In this document: positions 8,668-18,635 of the stretch, in pieces
Layout: every line of letters starts with the position of its first letter
Numbering within the stretch: the stretch's first letter is position 1
Assembly: GCA_002731825.1 (NCBI GenBank)
Contig: PCCS01000017.1
Span: forward strand, 52,434-116,433
Direction: 5' to 3'
Source of the DNA: Myxococcales bacterium
GTDB taxonomy: Bacteria; Myxococcota_A; Bradymonadia; UBA7976; UBA1532
Length of the DNA stretch: 64,000 nt
Translations under genes and position numbers: made by a program
The notes under the pieces: model-generated
What the model saw: only the letters and a program-made list of their open reading frames with translations
The model's database searches: none
Told to the model about the DNA's origin: nothing

Positions 8668-11600
8668 ATGCGTCCATCTGATTTTCCAGAGGGTTATATA
8701 TCTCAGAGGGAACTCGGGGAAGGCTCGATGGGTCAGGTCTGGCTTGCGCGCACAACCGAGGGCGCCCACTGTGCCGTAAAAATTCTAAATTTACGTCAAG
8801 ATCGGAGAGGGTCGTCGGAGCGTTCGTTTAACCGAGAAGTGCGGGCGATGGCCCGTCTTTCGCACCCTGGAATCATCCAAGTTCATGATTTTGGACGCAC
8901 GCCGAAAGGTGCGCCGTTTGTCGTCATGGAATACGCATCGGGTTCGCCGCTCAATCCGTACATGCGAGGCAGTTGGACATGGCGCAGATTATGGACTCTG
9001 CTCGATGGGCTTCTATCGGCCCTCGGCCATGCCCATGCGCGGGAGCTGATTCATCGAGATCTTAAACCGGGCAACGTGATCGTGATGCCCGATCGAACTG
9101 GAGCCGGAGCGGTTAAATTAGCCGACTTTGGGATTGCTCTCGCCATGTCGGAGACAAAAATCTCTGAGCGACGAATCGAAGGGACCCCGGCCTACATTGC
9201 ACCAGAGGCCGCATCCGGTGACGTCGCATCGGTTGGTCCCTGGACCGACCTGTACTCACTGGGCGTCATGCTGTTCGAAATACTCACCGGCGATCTGCCT
9301 TATCATGGACGACATTTGCTTGCCCATCACCAGCGCAGCCCTGTGCCACCCATCGAAATTCGACCCGATGTAAAGGTCTCTCCAGAGATTATACCCATTG
9401 TCAGACGGCTCTTAGACAAGGTACCCCACAGGCGGTACCGCTCTGTGGCCTCGCTACGGAGTGCGTTGTCAGAGCTCGGTGTACCCTCACCGGCAGCCCC
9501 ATTGGGTACGCCGCCAACAACCAGCATGTTTATGGACGATGAGTTCCCAGATGAAATGGTCACTCTCCAGCCCATCTCTGGGCCCAGTGGCCCTGGACTC
9601 TTTCACATTCGACAACCACAGCTAGTGGGTCGACATGGCATCCAAGGCGTTTTGACCACCGCCGCTGAGGCTGCCATCGCCGGACGCGGGCCTCGGTTGG
9701 TCATGTTAGAGGGCCATGCAGGTGTTGGAAAAAGCTATCTCGGCGCGTGGCTGCGGGAACAATTAGAAGAGAGTGGCCGGATGCGCACACTGGTCATCAG
9801 GAGTGAGCCTCAGGCCCAAACGGGTGGTGGACTCCGAGCCGCTCTGCTGCGCTTACTGGGCGCACCTACGGCCGATCGAGAGCAAGCTGAAGACCTCTTT
9901 CTAGAAGCGTTCGACGATCCGGCATTGAGACATCTCGCGATGCGCGTTTTATGGCCTGCCGATGACCAGACCGGTCCCATGAGTGATCTGGCCATACGAG
10001 AAGCCGCTCAGCTCATTAAAGCTGTGGTTGGTGACACACCGTTTATGCTGTGGAGCGATGATTCGCAATGGTCGCCGGAAGGGCGTGTGCTGCAGCTCAT
10101 TCATCGACTGGCTCGACCAGATGGTCTGACACATCTTCTGGTCCTGGTCACTTTGAGACCGAGTGAACGCGCCGCGGTTCAATCGACCTGCCGTGACCTC
10201 ATTCGGCTGCCGGGTGCAGAGGCGCTGACCATTGGCCCTGTCAGCCCACTGGAGTTAGCCCCCGCGCTGGAATCGCTCGCTCCACTGCCAGACGGCTTGG
10301 CCGAAGCGGCAAGCATGGTGGCCGCTGGCAATCCATTGATCGCCCTAGAAGCGGTGAGAAGTTTCTTGGAGACCGAAGGCCTAGGCCATGCGCCAACGGA
10401 CCCTAACTTGGTTTTACAGCAGCGCATTGAGCGCGCCACATCTGGTGAACGTGGTGGCGAACTCTTAAGCGCATTGGCCCGAGCAACCCTCTTGGGACGT
10501 TCATTTACCCTCGGTCCACTCTGCAAACTGTGCACGGTGACCGGGGACCCCAATGCCCCTCAACTGACAGGCGATCAAGAAGTGGTCCTCAGCTTGCTCG
10601 AGGAGGCGGTCAATAGCGGTCTTGCAATCGAGCAGGGTGAACGCCGCTGGCGCTTCGGTCATGACCTAATTCGGACGCAACTCCGTAAAACCTGTCGAGA
10701 GCTCGACAATTGGCCCAGCTTGAATCACAAAGCGGCCAATATTCGAATGGACAGGGCACGGGTGGACCCAACGGGCATAGAACTTGAGGTCGTGGCACGA
10801 CACATGTGGGAAGCGAATGCGACTCAAGATGCACTTAAATTGGGTCTAGAAGGGCTTGACCGCCTTCATTCATCAGGCCTGATGGGGCATGCAAATTCCT
10901 TTGCACGCCGGCTGATACGATGGGACGATGAACACCACCTCCTCGACATGGAGGAGAAAGGTGATCTCCTGCTGATGGCCAGCGAGGCCGCCGAGCATGC
11001 GGGTCAACCCCATGAGGCAGAACAGTACGCGCGGACTGCGACCGATCTAGCACGGGATGAAAAGCTGGCCGCATTGGGTGCGCGCGCAGCGGGCCGCCTG
11101 GGCGTATTGAAATTGCAGCATGACACCCCTGAAGAAGCCGAACATTGGCTCTGGGATGCGCTTCGGTTCGCTCGCGCAAGCGGCAATCAGAGGGCCTTAG
11201 CCGACGTCAATCTGTCCCTCGGCTATTTTTATCAGCGACGCGAAAAACTCGATTTATCGAGTACGGCCTACCAGGTCTGCTTAGAACTCGCGGTCGAAAA
11301 CGAGATGAGTGTCGCCGAACTGTCGGCAAGAGCCGCTTTGGCCGGTCTCGACCGCGTCATGGGCCATCTTGACCGGGCTGAAAAAACCTTCGAGGCGGTG
11401 GCGACCCGAGCGCAAGATAAAGGTCTCGAGGTCATCGCTTTGAACGCAAGGCTCCAACTTGGCCTCTGCGCAAAGTACCGCAACGATCCGGCCTCGGCAT
11501 GGGATACCTTTGAAGAAGTACGGAGCGGCGCACGGGGTAACTTGTTCAGCATTGATTTCTTCGCGTGTCTGGGCGCGGCCTGGGCGGCGGCAGCACAGGG

Positions 11601-11802
11601 TCGCTGGCACGAAGCGGAAACCCCGTTGATGCATGCAGAAGACCTTCGCTATGATGTCCGTCTACGGGATCCTGAGGCCGAGGAAATGCGGATCTCAATC
11701 CGAAAATTAGCGACTGATGCGCGCCGTCCCGACATCGTGGAGCGCATTAAACGACTTGATATTCTGCGGACGAAGACCGGGTCTACGCAGCACTCTCTTT
11801 AG
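8668..11802 (+). CDS. Ser/Thr protein kinase fused to an AAA/STAND-like ATPase and TPR-like C-terminus
   Basis: Kinase motifs GEGSMG, AVK, HRDLKPGN, DFG and APE. Walker A GHAGVGKS, Walker B-like LWSDD, GNPL motif and helical repeats. Confidence 0.9.
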   Translation: MRPSDFPEGYISQRELGEGSMGQVWLARTTEGAHCAVKILNLRQDRRGSSERSFNREVRAMARLSHPGIIQVHDFGRTPKGAPFVVMEYASGSPLNPYMRGSWTWRRLWTLLDGLLSALGHAHARELIHRDLKPGNVIVMPDRTGAGAVKLADFGIALAMSETKISERRIEGTPAYIAPEAASGDVASVGPWTDLYSLGVMLFEILTGDLPYHGRHLLAHHQRSPVPPIEIRPDVKVSPEIIPIVRRLLDKVPHRRYRSVASLRSALSELGVPSPAAPLGTPPTTSMFMDDEFPDEMVTLQPISGPSGPGLFHIRQPQLVGRHGIQGVLTTAAEAAIAGRGPRLVMLEGHAGVGKSYLGAWLREQLEESGRMRTLVIRSEPQAQTGGGLRAALLRLLGAPTADREQAEDLFLEAFDDPALRHLAMRVLWPADDQTGPMSDLAIREAAQLIKAVVGDTPFMLWSDDSQWSPEGRVLQLIHRLARPDGLTHLLVLVTLRPSERAAVQSTCRDLIRLPGAEALTIGPVSPLELAPALESLAPLPDGLAEAASMVAAGNPLIALEAVRSFLETEGLGHAPTDPNLVLQQRIERATSGERGGELLSALARATLLGRSFTLGPLCKLCTVTGDPNAPQLTGDQEVVLSLLEEAVNSGLAIEQGERRWRFGHDLIRTQLRKTCRELDNWPSLNHKAANIRMDRARVDPTGIELEVVARHMWEANATQDALKLGLEGLDRLHSSGLMGHANSFARRLIRWDDEHHLLDMEEKGDLLLMASEAAEHAGQPHEAEQYARTATDLARDEKLAALGARAAGRLGVLKLQHDTPEEAEHWLWDALRFARASGNQRALADVNLSLGYFYQRREKLDLSSTAYQVCLELAVENEMSVAELSARAALAGLDRVMGHLDRAEKTFEAVATRAQDKGLEVIALNARLQLGLCAKYRNDPASAWDTFEEVRSGARGNLFSIDFFACLGAAWAAAAQGRWHEAETPLMHAEDLRYDVRLRDPEAEEMRISIRKLATDARRPDIVERIKRLDILRTKTGSTQHSL

Positions 11803-11818
11803 CCGACTGAGTCTTGAG

Positions 11819-12469
11819 CTATGTCAAAGGGTGTCTGCTTAGAAAACGTGTATCGAGCAAAGGGACAAAAGATTCGGTTTCGGTCTTAATCAGACGCCGA
11901 ATCCCCTCAGGACGAGCCTGTCCATCGGCGATGGCAACCACAGATAGATGAGCAGAGGACGCAGCTTTAATACCGGCGTTGCTGTCCTCGAACACCACCC
12001 CATGGTCTGGTTTTATGCCCAGTCGGTCCAATGCGAGTTGGTAGCATTCCGGATCTGGCTTGGCCCGCCGGTACATACCGGCAGCGACGATGGTATCAAC
12101 CGTATGGCCTACTGAAAAATAGTCTAGCCACCCACGGACAACCTCACCACGGCTGCCTGTGACGATGGCCACCGATCCACAGTCCGCTGCGCGAGACAAG
12201 GCGTCCAATGCACCTGGGATGGCCTGAGGATGGTCCAAAACCGTGTCCTGAAATACCGTCGCACAGGCATCTGCAAACCTCACCGGATCCACCGTTTGGG
12301 TCTGTCCAACTAAGTCGGCTATCGCCAGCCAGGTCCAGCCACCCACATCCTGTTGATGTGTCACTCTACTTAAACCGAACTGCGCCAAAACCCGTTGCAC
12401 AACGGGCCAAGTCAAGCATTCGCTATCCGATAGAACACCATCAAAGTCGAAGAAAAAGCCTGTGTACAT
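11819..12469 (-). CDS. HAD-superfamily phosphatase (beta-PGM/YqaB-like)
   Basis: FDFDGVL, VTG, KPDP and FEDSNAG motifs. Confidence 0.9.
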   Translation of the reverse strand: MYTGFFFDFDGVLSDSECLTWPVVQRVLAQFGLSRVTHQQDVGGWTWLAIADLVGQTQTVDPVRFADACATVFQDTVLDHPQAIPGALDALSRAADCGSVAIVTGSRGEVVRGWLDYFSVGHTVDTIVAAGMYRRAKPDPECYQLALDRLGIKPDHGVVFEDSNAGIKAASSAHLSVVAIADGQARPEGIRRLIKTETESFVPLLDTRFLSRHPLT

Positions 12470-12480
12470 CGATCACCTGT

Positions 12481-13773
12481 TCAGAGTTCGAGTCCTCGTC
12501 TTCGGGTGTAAGCCCACAAAGCCGCACTGCCAATAAAGGCCAAGCCGGCAATCCCGCAGAGCAGAACCAGAACAGCCCCCGTACCTGATGTGTCTTTCAG
12601 ATAGGCGATGACGAACTCCTGTAAGATCGGTCCCGCGGAGCCCAAACCGTTGATGATGGCCGATGCAACAACCGCTTTCTCCTTAGTCGAGATGTCCATG
12701 GCTGCCGTCCCTGATAGAAGTGAATCTGGCCCCATCATGGCAAAGCCCAACAAACCGAAGGTGGTGATAAAAAGCCAAACACTGTGTGTGCCGTATAGAG
12801 CCATGACGAGGGCTACGACGAACATCAGAGCCGTCATATAGAAAACCACAGGAAGCCGTCGAGACTGAAAGAGCTTATCGGATGCGTAACCGCCGGCGAT
12901 AACCCCTAAGAAACCAACCCAATCGAAGACCGTACTCCAATGCCCTGCCCTCGCGGTTGAATCTGGGCCTTTAAAGAAATCTTTGAGGATCGTCGGCCCC
13001 CAGCTATCGGCAGCATAGCGGGTGAATTTAAAGCAAAAATACAGGAGGCCCATCATGAAAACGATATGAACAACCTGATCCCAAGGCCGTCCTGAGTCTC
13101 GGGTTTTCCCATCGACAGCGACCTCTTCGATAAAGGGAGGTAACCCGACCTCTTCCGGTGTTTCCTTACCCCATAGGTAAAACAAGATCCAAACGCCAAA
13201 CAAAATGAGGCTCGCGCCCCAAAATGACCAGGCGATTCCAAGCCAACCGAGTAGAAATGCGGCGGAATGTTTCGCCAGCATGCTGCCCAACATGTAGCAA
13301 GTGCCCCACCACCCCATCACACGGCCACGCTCGGTGGGGCGTGTCCACTGTGTGAGTATACCCACGTTTCCAGGCCATCCAGTCGCTTGGGCGAAACCAT
13401 TGATCCCTAAGAAAACAACAAGCCACATGAAAATGACGTCTTTTCCAAGGGCACCCGCCGTTGTGGCTCCGATAAAGATATTCATGAGGATCGACAGAGC
13501 CATCCCCCCAAGTAACATGCGCCGGCAGGCCATCCGTTGGCCCAGTTTGGAGGCGAGAAACTGGCCCAGCATATATGTGGTCAGATAGGTCCCCCAGCAC
13601 CAAGCGAGGTTCATGTTCGTAAAACCAAAATCATCGACCAAAGTCGGCTTTACGATGCCAAAAGCCTTACGACAGAAGTAAAACCCCGCATAGGACAACC
13701 ATGTAACGGTGAAAATGCGTATTCGCCATACCGTCACCTTGCCATCTGCTATGTGAGTGTCTGATGTAGCCAA
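12481..13773 (-). CDS. MFS transporter, OPA/GlpT-UhpT sugar-phosphate family
   Basis: TWLSYAGFYFCRKAF, QATGWP, ERGRVMGWW and IINGLGS motifs, with about 12 hydrophobic segments. Confidence 0.88.
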   Translation of the reverse strand: MATSDTHIADGKVTVWRIRIFTVTWLSYAGFYFCRKAFGIVKPTLVDDFGFTNMNLAWCWGTYLTTYMLGQFLASKLGQRMACRRMLLGGMALSILMNIFIGATTAGALGKDVIFMWLVVFLGINGFAQATGWPGNVGILTQWTRPTERGRVMGWWGTCYMLGSMLAKHSAAFLLGWLGIAWSFWGASLILFGVWILFYLWGKETPEEVGLPPFIEEVAVDGKTRDSGRPWDQVVHIVFMMGLLYFCFKFTRYAADSWGPTILKDFFKGPDSTARAGHWSTVFDWVGFLGVIAGGYASDKLFQSRRLPVVFYMTALMFVVALVMALYGTHSVWLFITTFGLLGFAMMGPDSLLSGTAAMDISTKEKAVVASAIINGLGSAGPILQEFVIAYLKDTSGTGAVLVLLCGIAGLAFIGSAALWAYTRRRGLEL

Positions 13774-13901
13774 ATTCTTGCCCGAGTCATCGCGTCTAAG
13801 TGTGGGGTGGGAAATAGCACAAACGCAGGCAGACTATGGAGAAAATTTTAGCGACGGTCGAGTGACACTTTGGCGACGCCTATTCAATGGACTCGTCGAC
13901 T

Positions 13902-14663
13902 TTACGGTCGCGACTTTAACTGCCGAATGACCGACGGCGTCCAAGCAAAGGAAATGCATAAATAAGCTGCTGGAAAGATAAGGCTGCTCAAATAAAGCCA
14001 ACTGGGGATGGTCGGAAAATAAACCACCAATAACCCGATCTGAATGGTCCAGATCAAACTACCAATCTTGAAAAAGTTGGCCCATCGGACAGCCCGTGAT
14101 GGGTAAATAAAATAGATGGGCAGGACACTCAGAAGGCAAAAGAGAATCACGATGGATGTGATGATCGGACTCCCGGACGGTCCGACGACAACATCAAATT
14201 GACGTAAACTGATGTCTGTGAAGAAAACGCCGATATTCCAATAAGAGGGAAATCCACGAAAAAAGCCCAGTTCGACTGATTTCGCCCCAGAATGAACAAA
14301 TGCGAATGCACTCGACAGTAGAATACAGGCTGAAAAAAGCCATTTGGGCTCCATTAACCATCCCGAGTAGAAGAAGAACACAACGGGGATAAAGGTCCAA
14401 TTCAAGTAATCAACAATATTGTCCAGCAGTGCGCCATCGATATGTGGGAGAACATCTTTGACTCGGCACGCACGCGCCAAAACTCCATCGGTGGCATCCA
14501 CTATGACGGCGATAAGCATCCAAAGATAGGCATCGGAGATCCGCCCGCTGATGATGGCATCCAAGCTTAGAAAAGCCCAAATAACCCCCGATGCAGTAAA
14601 CAGATGAACCGCCCAGGCGCGGCAGATTGACGCCGTACTGTGGTCAATATCTTCTTGGATCAA
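13902..14663 (-). CDS. pcs: Phosphatidylcholine synthase (CDP-alcohol phosphotransferase)
   Basis: Exact Pcs-type spacing DG-x2-AR-x8-P-x3-G-x3-D-x3-D (DGVLARACRVKDVLPHIDGALLDNIVD), plus AWAVHLFTASG and FRGFPSYWN. Start set at TTG 14663 because the longer ORF overlaps the neighbouring gene. Confidence 0.82.
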   Translation of the reverse strand: MIQEDIDHSTASICRAWAVHLFTASGVIWAFLSLDAIISGRISDAYLWMLIAVIVDATDGVLARACRVKDVLPHIDGALLDNIVDYLNWTFIPVVFFFYSGWLMEPKWLFSACILLSSAFAFVHSGAKSVELGFFRGFPSYWNIGVFFTDISLRQFDVVVGPSGSPIITSIVILFCLLSVLPIYFIYPSRAVRWANFFKIGSLIWTIQIGLLVVYFPTIPSWLYLSSLIFPAAYLCISFAWTPSVIRQLKSRP

Positions 14664-14724
14664 TCCGTCCCCCGCGAGGCTGTCCAAAACACACGTTTTC
14701 CGCGACGACTCAGCCTCGAAAAAT

Positions 14725-15864
14725 TTATCGCGTAAAGATCTCTTTGGAGATAATGAGTCGCTGAATCTGACTTGTCCCCTCGTAAATCTGGAAAATCTTC
14801 GAATCGCGGAGCAATTTTTCGACGGGATATTCGGTGTTGAAGCCATTGCCGCCAAACACCTGAACCGCATCGCTTGCAACGCGATGGGCGGTATCGGCTG
14901 CAAAGCACTTTGCCATGGATGCGAGCTTGGTATTGCGACGTCCATTGTCAATGGCCCAGGCCGATTGCCAAACCAAGAGCCGCGCTGCTTCAATATCTTT
15001 GGCCATGTCGGCGATCATAAAGCTGATGGCTTGATGCGCGTACAAGGGTTTGCCCATAGACTTTCTGTCTCTTGCATACCCGCAAGCATGCTCAAAAGCA
15101 GCTCGGGCCAGTCCGACAGCCCCCGATGCAACCAACGGCCTGGTCACATCAAATGCTTTCATGGCAATTTTGAATCCATAACCTTCGTCGCCAAGTCGAT
15201 TCTCGACGGGCACTTCGACATTCTCAAAGCGCACGCCGCGAGTATCGCTGGCGCGCTGACCCATGTTGATCTCTTTCCGACCCAGGCTCACCCCAGGGGC
15301 ATCAGCGTCCACAATGAAGCCAGTCATACCGGCGTGTTTGCTCTCCAAATCAGTTTTAGCCAAAACAAAGAACCAATTGGCCTGGCCCGCGTTGGTGATC
15401 CACATCTTCTCGCCATTGATGATGTACTTATCACCCGTCCGCACAGCGGTGGTTTTAATGGCTGCAACATCACTTCCTGCATTTGGCTCGGTCACTCCGT
15501 ATGCGGCGAACAGAAAGTCATCATTCATACGCCCGAGGTATTTCTTTTTCTGTGCCTCACTGCCCGCGACGATCACCGGTGCTTGAGCGAGCGTATTGGC
15601 TTCAATTGCGGTCGATACACCGGTGCAACCCCAAGCCGTTTCTTCTCCCATGAGAACGCCCTCGACGACACCGAGTCCCATGCCTCCGTATGCCTCTGGA
15701 ATATGGGTGTTCATGAGTCCAAGTTCCCATGCTTTCTTCAGGACCCCTGATGGAAACTCACCTGTGTGATCATGATGAGCCGATACCGGCCTGATCTCGT
15801 TTCTGGCAAATTCACGAGCGAGGTCTCTCAATTGTTCCTGCTCTTGAGATAATGAAAAATCCAT
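14725..15864 (-). CDS. Acyl-CoA dehydrogenase, medium-chain type
   Basis: [27 protein letters not shown] and [13 protein letters not shown] motifs. Start MDFSLS has GGAG upstream. Confidence 0.93.
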   Translation of the reverse strand: MDFSLSQEQEQLRDLAREFARNEIRPVSAHHDHTGEFPSGVLKKAWELGLMNTHIPEAYGGMGLGVVEGVLMGEETAWGCTGVSTAIEANTLAQAPVIVAGSEAQKKKYLGRMNDDFLFAAYGVTEPNAGSDVAAIKTTAVRTGDKYIINGEKMWITNAGQANWFFVLAKTDLESKHAGMTGFIVDADAPGVSLGRKEINMGQRASDTRGVRFENVEVPVENRLGDEGYGFKIAMKAFDVTRPLVASGAVGLARAAFEHACGYARDRKSMGKPLYAHQAISFMIADMAKDIEAARLLVWQSAWAIDNGRRNTKLASMAKCFAADTAHRVASDAVQVFGGNGFNTEYPVEKLLRDSKIFQIYEGTSQIQRLIISKEIFTR

Positions 15865-15991
15865 CGTTAAGACTCCAATCAAACGCATGTTCTGCGAGCC
15901 AGTGTAACCACTCACGACCACAGTCACAATTGAGATCATGTAAGTTGGCGAGTGCGCGTCCTAAATCGGACCGCCAAACGCCCTCCGACCG

Positions 15992-17545
15992 TTAGAAATC
16001 AGGGGGTATGCAGACACGGACTAAGCTTCCTTCATCGTTTGGTCTCGGGAGGCAGGCCTGTCCCTGAACGCAATCGGGCGTTCGACAACATGGCCCGCGG
16101 CATACTCGCTCAACACATTGACCACTCTGACATTCGCTGTCGTCCAAACAATTTATACCATCCGCTGTGACGCCCGGCGCAATCGGCACGCAGGCAGAGA
16201 TGATGGTCCCGCCGAGACCCACGACTTGGCCACAGGTCGTATTACCCGCGCAATCGGCAGCGGTGCAGCACAAATCTGCACATTGTCCGGGCGCACCACC
16301 GATGGGGACTGGGACGCATACGCCGCTCAAACAATCGAGTTCGCTGGCGCAGCCTTGGCCCGTTCGGCCAAATCCAATGGGAACCGCATCACAAATGGCC
16401 CGTGCCTGTTGTCCCACCTGCCGAAAAACACACGCTTGGCCACCGCAGTCAGCGCTCGTGCAACACAGCCCCAAACATTGATCGCGACCTAAATTGCACA
16501 GTCCGCTTTGACACGCCCTTGCTCCAGGCCCGCATGCCTGGCCTCGGACGGCATCAAAGCTATAACCAGCCGGATAGATTCGACTTGGTAGACATACTTG
16601 AATGCCCATGGTGTCTCGACAACCAAAACCCGGTGGACAGTCAAATTCACTGCAACATGGCTTGGCACAAACAACGTGACTTTCTGTCTCGACAGTCACA
16701 TCTAGACAAAGTCCACTCTGGCAGTCAGCAGACCGATCGCATAAGGCGCCTAGGGCGCCATCTCCGGGCACGCCCAGGCATTGACCGGTATCCTGGTCAC
16801 ACGCTGCGCCACCCTGGCAGCCATCAAAACGACAGTCAAAATTTGGGCGACATCGGCTCGACTGGGGATCGCATTCAAATCCATTAGGGCAGGACGACAC
16901 ACGACAATCAGGCGGAACTGAAACACAGAGTCCATCAGAGCGACGGCAACCATAGCCCATTGGGCAGTCCAGGTTAGAGCAATCATCAGGCAGCGCGCGA
17001 CACACGCCCATCGCAGAATCACAATACTGGCCACTGGCACAGCCATTGGTGTCACACGCATCTGTGTTCGAGTCAGCACAGCGCCCTGTTTCTAATTGAC
17101 AGATCTCGCCCGGTCCACATCCGGCTGTTCGGCAATTGTCTGCACAGACACCATTTAAACAAACATCAGAGTCTCTCTGGCAATCATCATCACCCGTACA
17201 ACTCTCTGGCTGGGTGTTCCCGTTCATATTGGCCGCATCATCTTGACCGACAGGGGGACGACACTGCCCGCTCACGCACCGCTCAGACAGACAATCTCTA
17301 TCTTCACGACATTGAAACGTGCACCGACCCGCATCACTACAAAATAGCTGCGGTAGACAATCACTATTGAGTCGACATCGAGACCCAGTGGCATCGGTCC
17401 GTCCCGGTGGCTCCGCATCGACGAGGAGCTGCCGATCGCCGGCATCCGCCGCCCCGCTGCTCGTGCTTTCATCGTCACAACCCAAAGAGACGACGGTCAT
17501 CACCAAGCAAGCGACGAGACACCAATGGTGAAAAGTGCGCCTTAT
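15992..17545 (-). CDS. Cysteine-rich repeat lipoprotein (start uncertain: 17506, or ATA at 17545)
   Basis: Hydrophobic stretch ending in SLGC followed by DDES. Many short Cys modules and four C-x3-CC-x3-DC units. Confidence 0.8.
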   Translation of the reverse strand: MRRTFHHWCLVACLVMTVVSLGCDDESTSSGAADAGDRQLLVDAEPPGRTDATGSRCRLNSDCLPQLFCSDAGRCTFQCREDRDCLSERCVSGQCRPPVGQDDAANMNGNTQPESCTGDDDCQRDSDVCLNGVCADNCRTAGCGPGEICQLETGRCADSNTDACDTNGCASGQYCDSAMGVCRALPDDCSNLDCPMGYGCRRSDGLCVSVPPDCRVSSCPNGFECDPQSSRCRPNFDCRFDGCQGGAACDQDTGQCLGVPGDGALGALCDRSADCQSGLCLDVTVETESHVVCAKPCCSEFDCPPGFGCRDTMGIQVCLPSRIYPAGYSFDAVRGQACGPGARACQSGLCNLGRDQCLGLCCTSADCGGQACVFRQVGQQARAICDAVPIGFGRTGQGCASELDCLSGVCVPVPIGGAPGQCADLCCTAADCAGNTTCGQVVGLGGTIISACVPIAPGVTADGINCLDDSECQSGQCVERVCRGPCCRTPDCVQGQACLPRPNDEGSLVRVCIPPDF

Positions 17546-18444
17546 TCTTGAGAGTTGGGCTTTGATGAAAGGGCCTCCCAGCTCATGGAAATCATACTAC
17601 CAAAATAGAACTCGCCTGTTCGATAGGCATCCTCAAAATAGCGTGCGAACAGAAAAAGTGCTGTTAGACGACGCTCACGCAACCAGCCAGGTCGATAGCC
17701 GACGACGCCGCCACCAATATGGCGTCGAACGTTGGTCTTTTCGACCCAATGCCCCTGCCATAAGCCTCCCAGCAGTAAGTGTTCCTCCGAAAAAGGTGTA
17801 CCCGACACATACCAGCCGACCAGTGAATCCACTCGGTGAGCCTGGTCATTGCGCGCCAGTAGAAGGTCATCACTGGATTCATACCAGCTTCCGCCAAGTC
17901 CAATATCAGCCTGATACAGTCCAAATGTATACTGGGTCATCAACGCCAACCCTTCATAAAAAATACGAAACTGAGCCTGGGCTTGTGCGCGGATAGCCGT
18001 TTCATGACGACCGCCAGTAATCGACTCTTGCCTGACCTCATCCCGCCAATCGGGCTCAAGACCATCGTATTCGCTGAGATTGCCAAAGAGACCAAAATAA
18101 CGGAGTTGCTGAACTCGCAATCGAAGGACTAATGGCGCTATGGGAACAAGGGTCACATACATTCCGGGGTGGAATGAAGCTGGGCTGACCGCCCCTAAAA
18201 AGCCCGTCTCGATGTGCGTGCCCTTTAAGAGTAAGTGGTCTGAATCAGATAACGAAATCCGATACCCTAGAGCGGGTCTGAGTGCCAACCCGACGGGATT
18301 TACGCGCGACGCCAGTTTCAGCTCTAGGCGCCAAACACCTTGACCGTCCGGTTCAGTGTTACTGAGCCCGGTGGCTGGCAGGAGTGTCACCAAGCTGGTG
18401 AGAATTATAGTGATTAATGTGCGCAAACGAGTCACCGGTACCAA
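17542..18444 (-). CDS. Exported hypothetical protein, possible outer-membrane beta-barrel
   Basis: Signal-peptide-like N-terminus and amphipathic strands (ALGYRISL, LVLRLRVQQLRYF, VGWYV), rich in G/Y/W. Confidence 0.55.
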   Translation of the reverse strand: MVPVTRLRTLITIILTSLVTLLPATGLSNTEPDGQGVWRLELKLASRVNPVGLALRPALGYRISLSDSDHLLLKGTHIETGFLGAVSPASFHPGMYVTLVPIAPLVLRLRVQQLRYFGLFGNLSEYDGLEPDWRDEVRQESITGGRHETAIRAQAQAQFRIFYEGLALMTQYTFGLYQADIGLGGSWYESSDDLLLARNDQAHRVDSLVGWYVSGTPFSEEHLLLGGLWQGHWVEKTNVRRHIGGGVVGYRPGWLRERRLTALFLFARYFEDAYRTGEFYFGSMISMSWEALSSKPNSQE

Positions 18445-18635
18445 GTCCTTGTGTAGCTCTAGTGTGACATGTCTTATGGTCGCGCGGGTAGGATCATTGT
18501 TTAAATCTCCGAAATATGAGGTGGGAAAGACCGCTTGAAAAGGGTCGGCCAGGCGTTTACGGGTGACGATTGCTATGGATCTCTTGGGCGTAACGAGTCA
18601 CACTCTGTTTGTGATTGGGTGGGCTAGGGTTCTCG

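Noticed and set aside
14664-14993. 110-aa N-terminal extension of the pcs ORF in the track
   Set aside because: It overlaps the acyl-CoA dehydrogenase in another frame, and Pcs similarity starts only after the TTG at 14663.
14884-15750. 288-aa plus-strand ORF
   Set aside because: Antisense shadow of the acyl-CoA dehydrogenase, with no recognisable motif.
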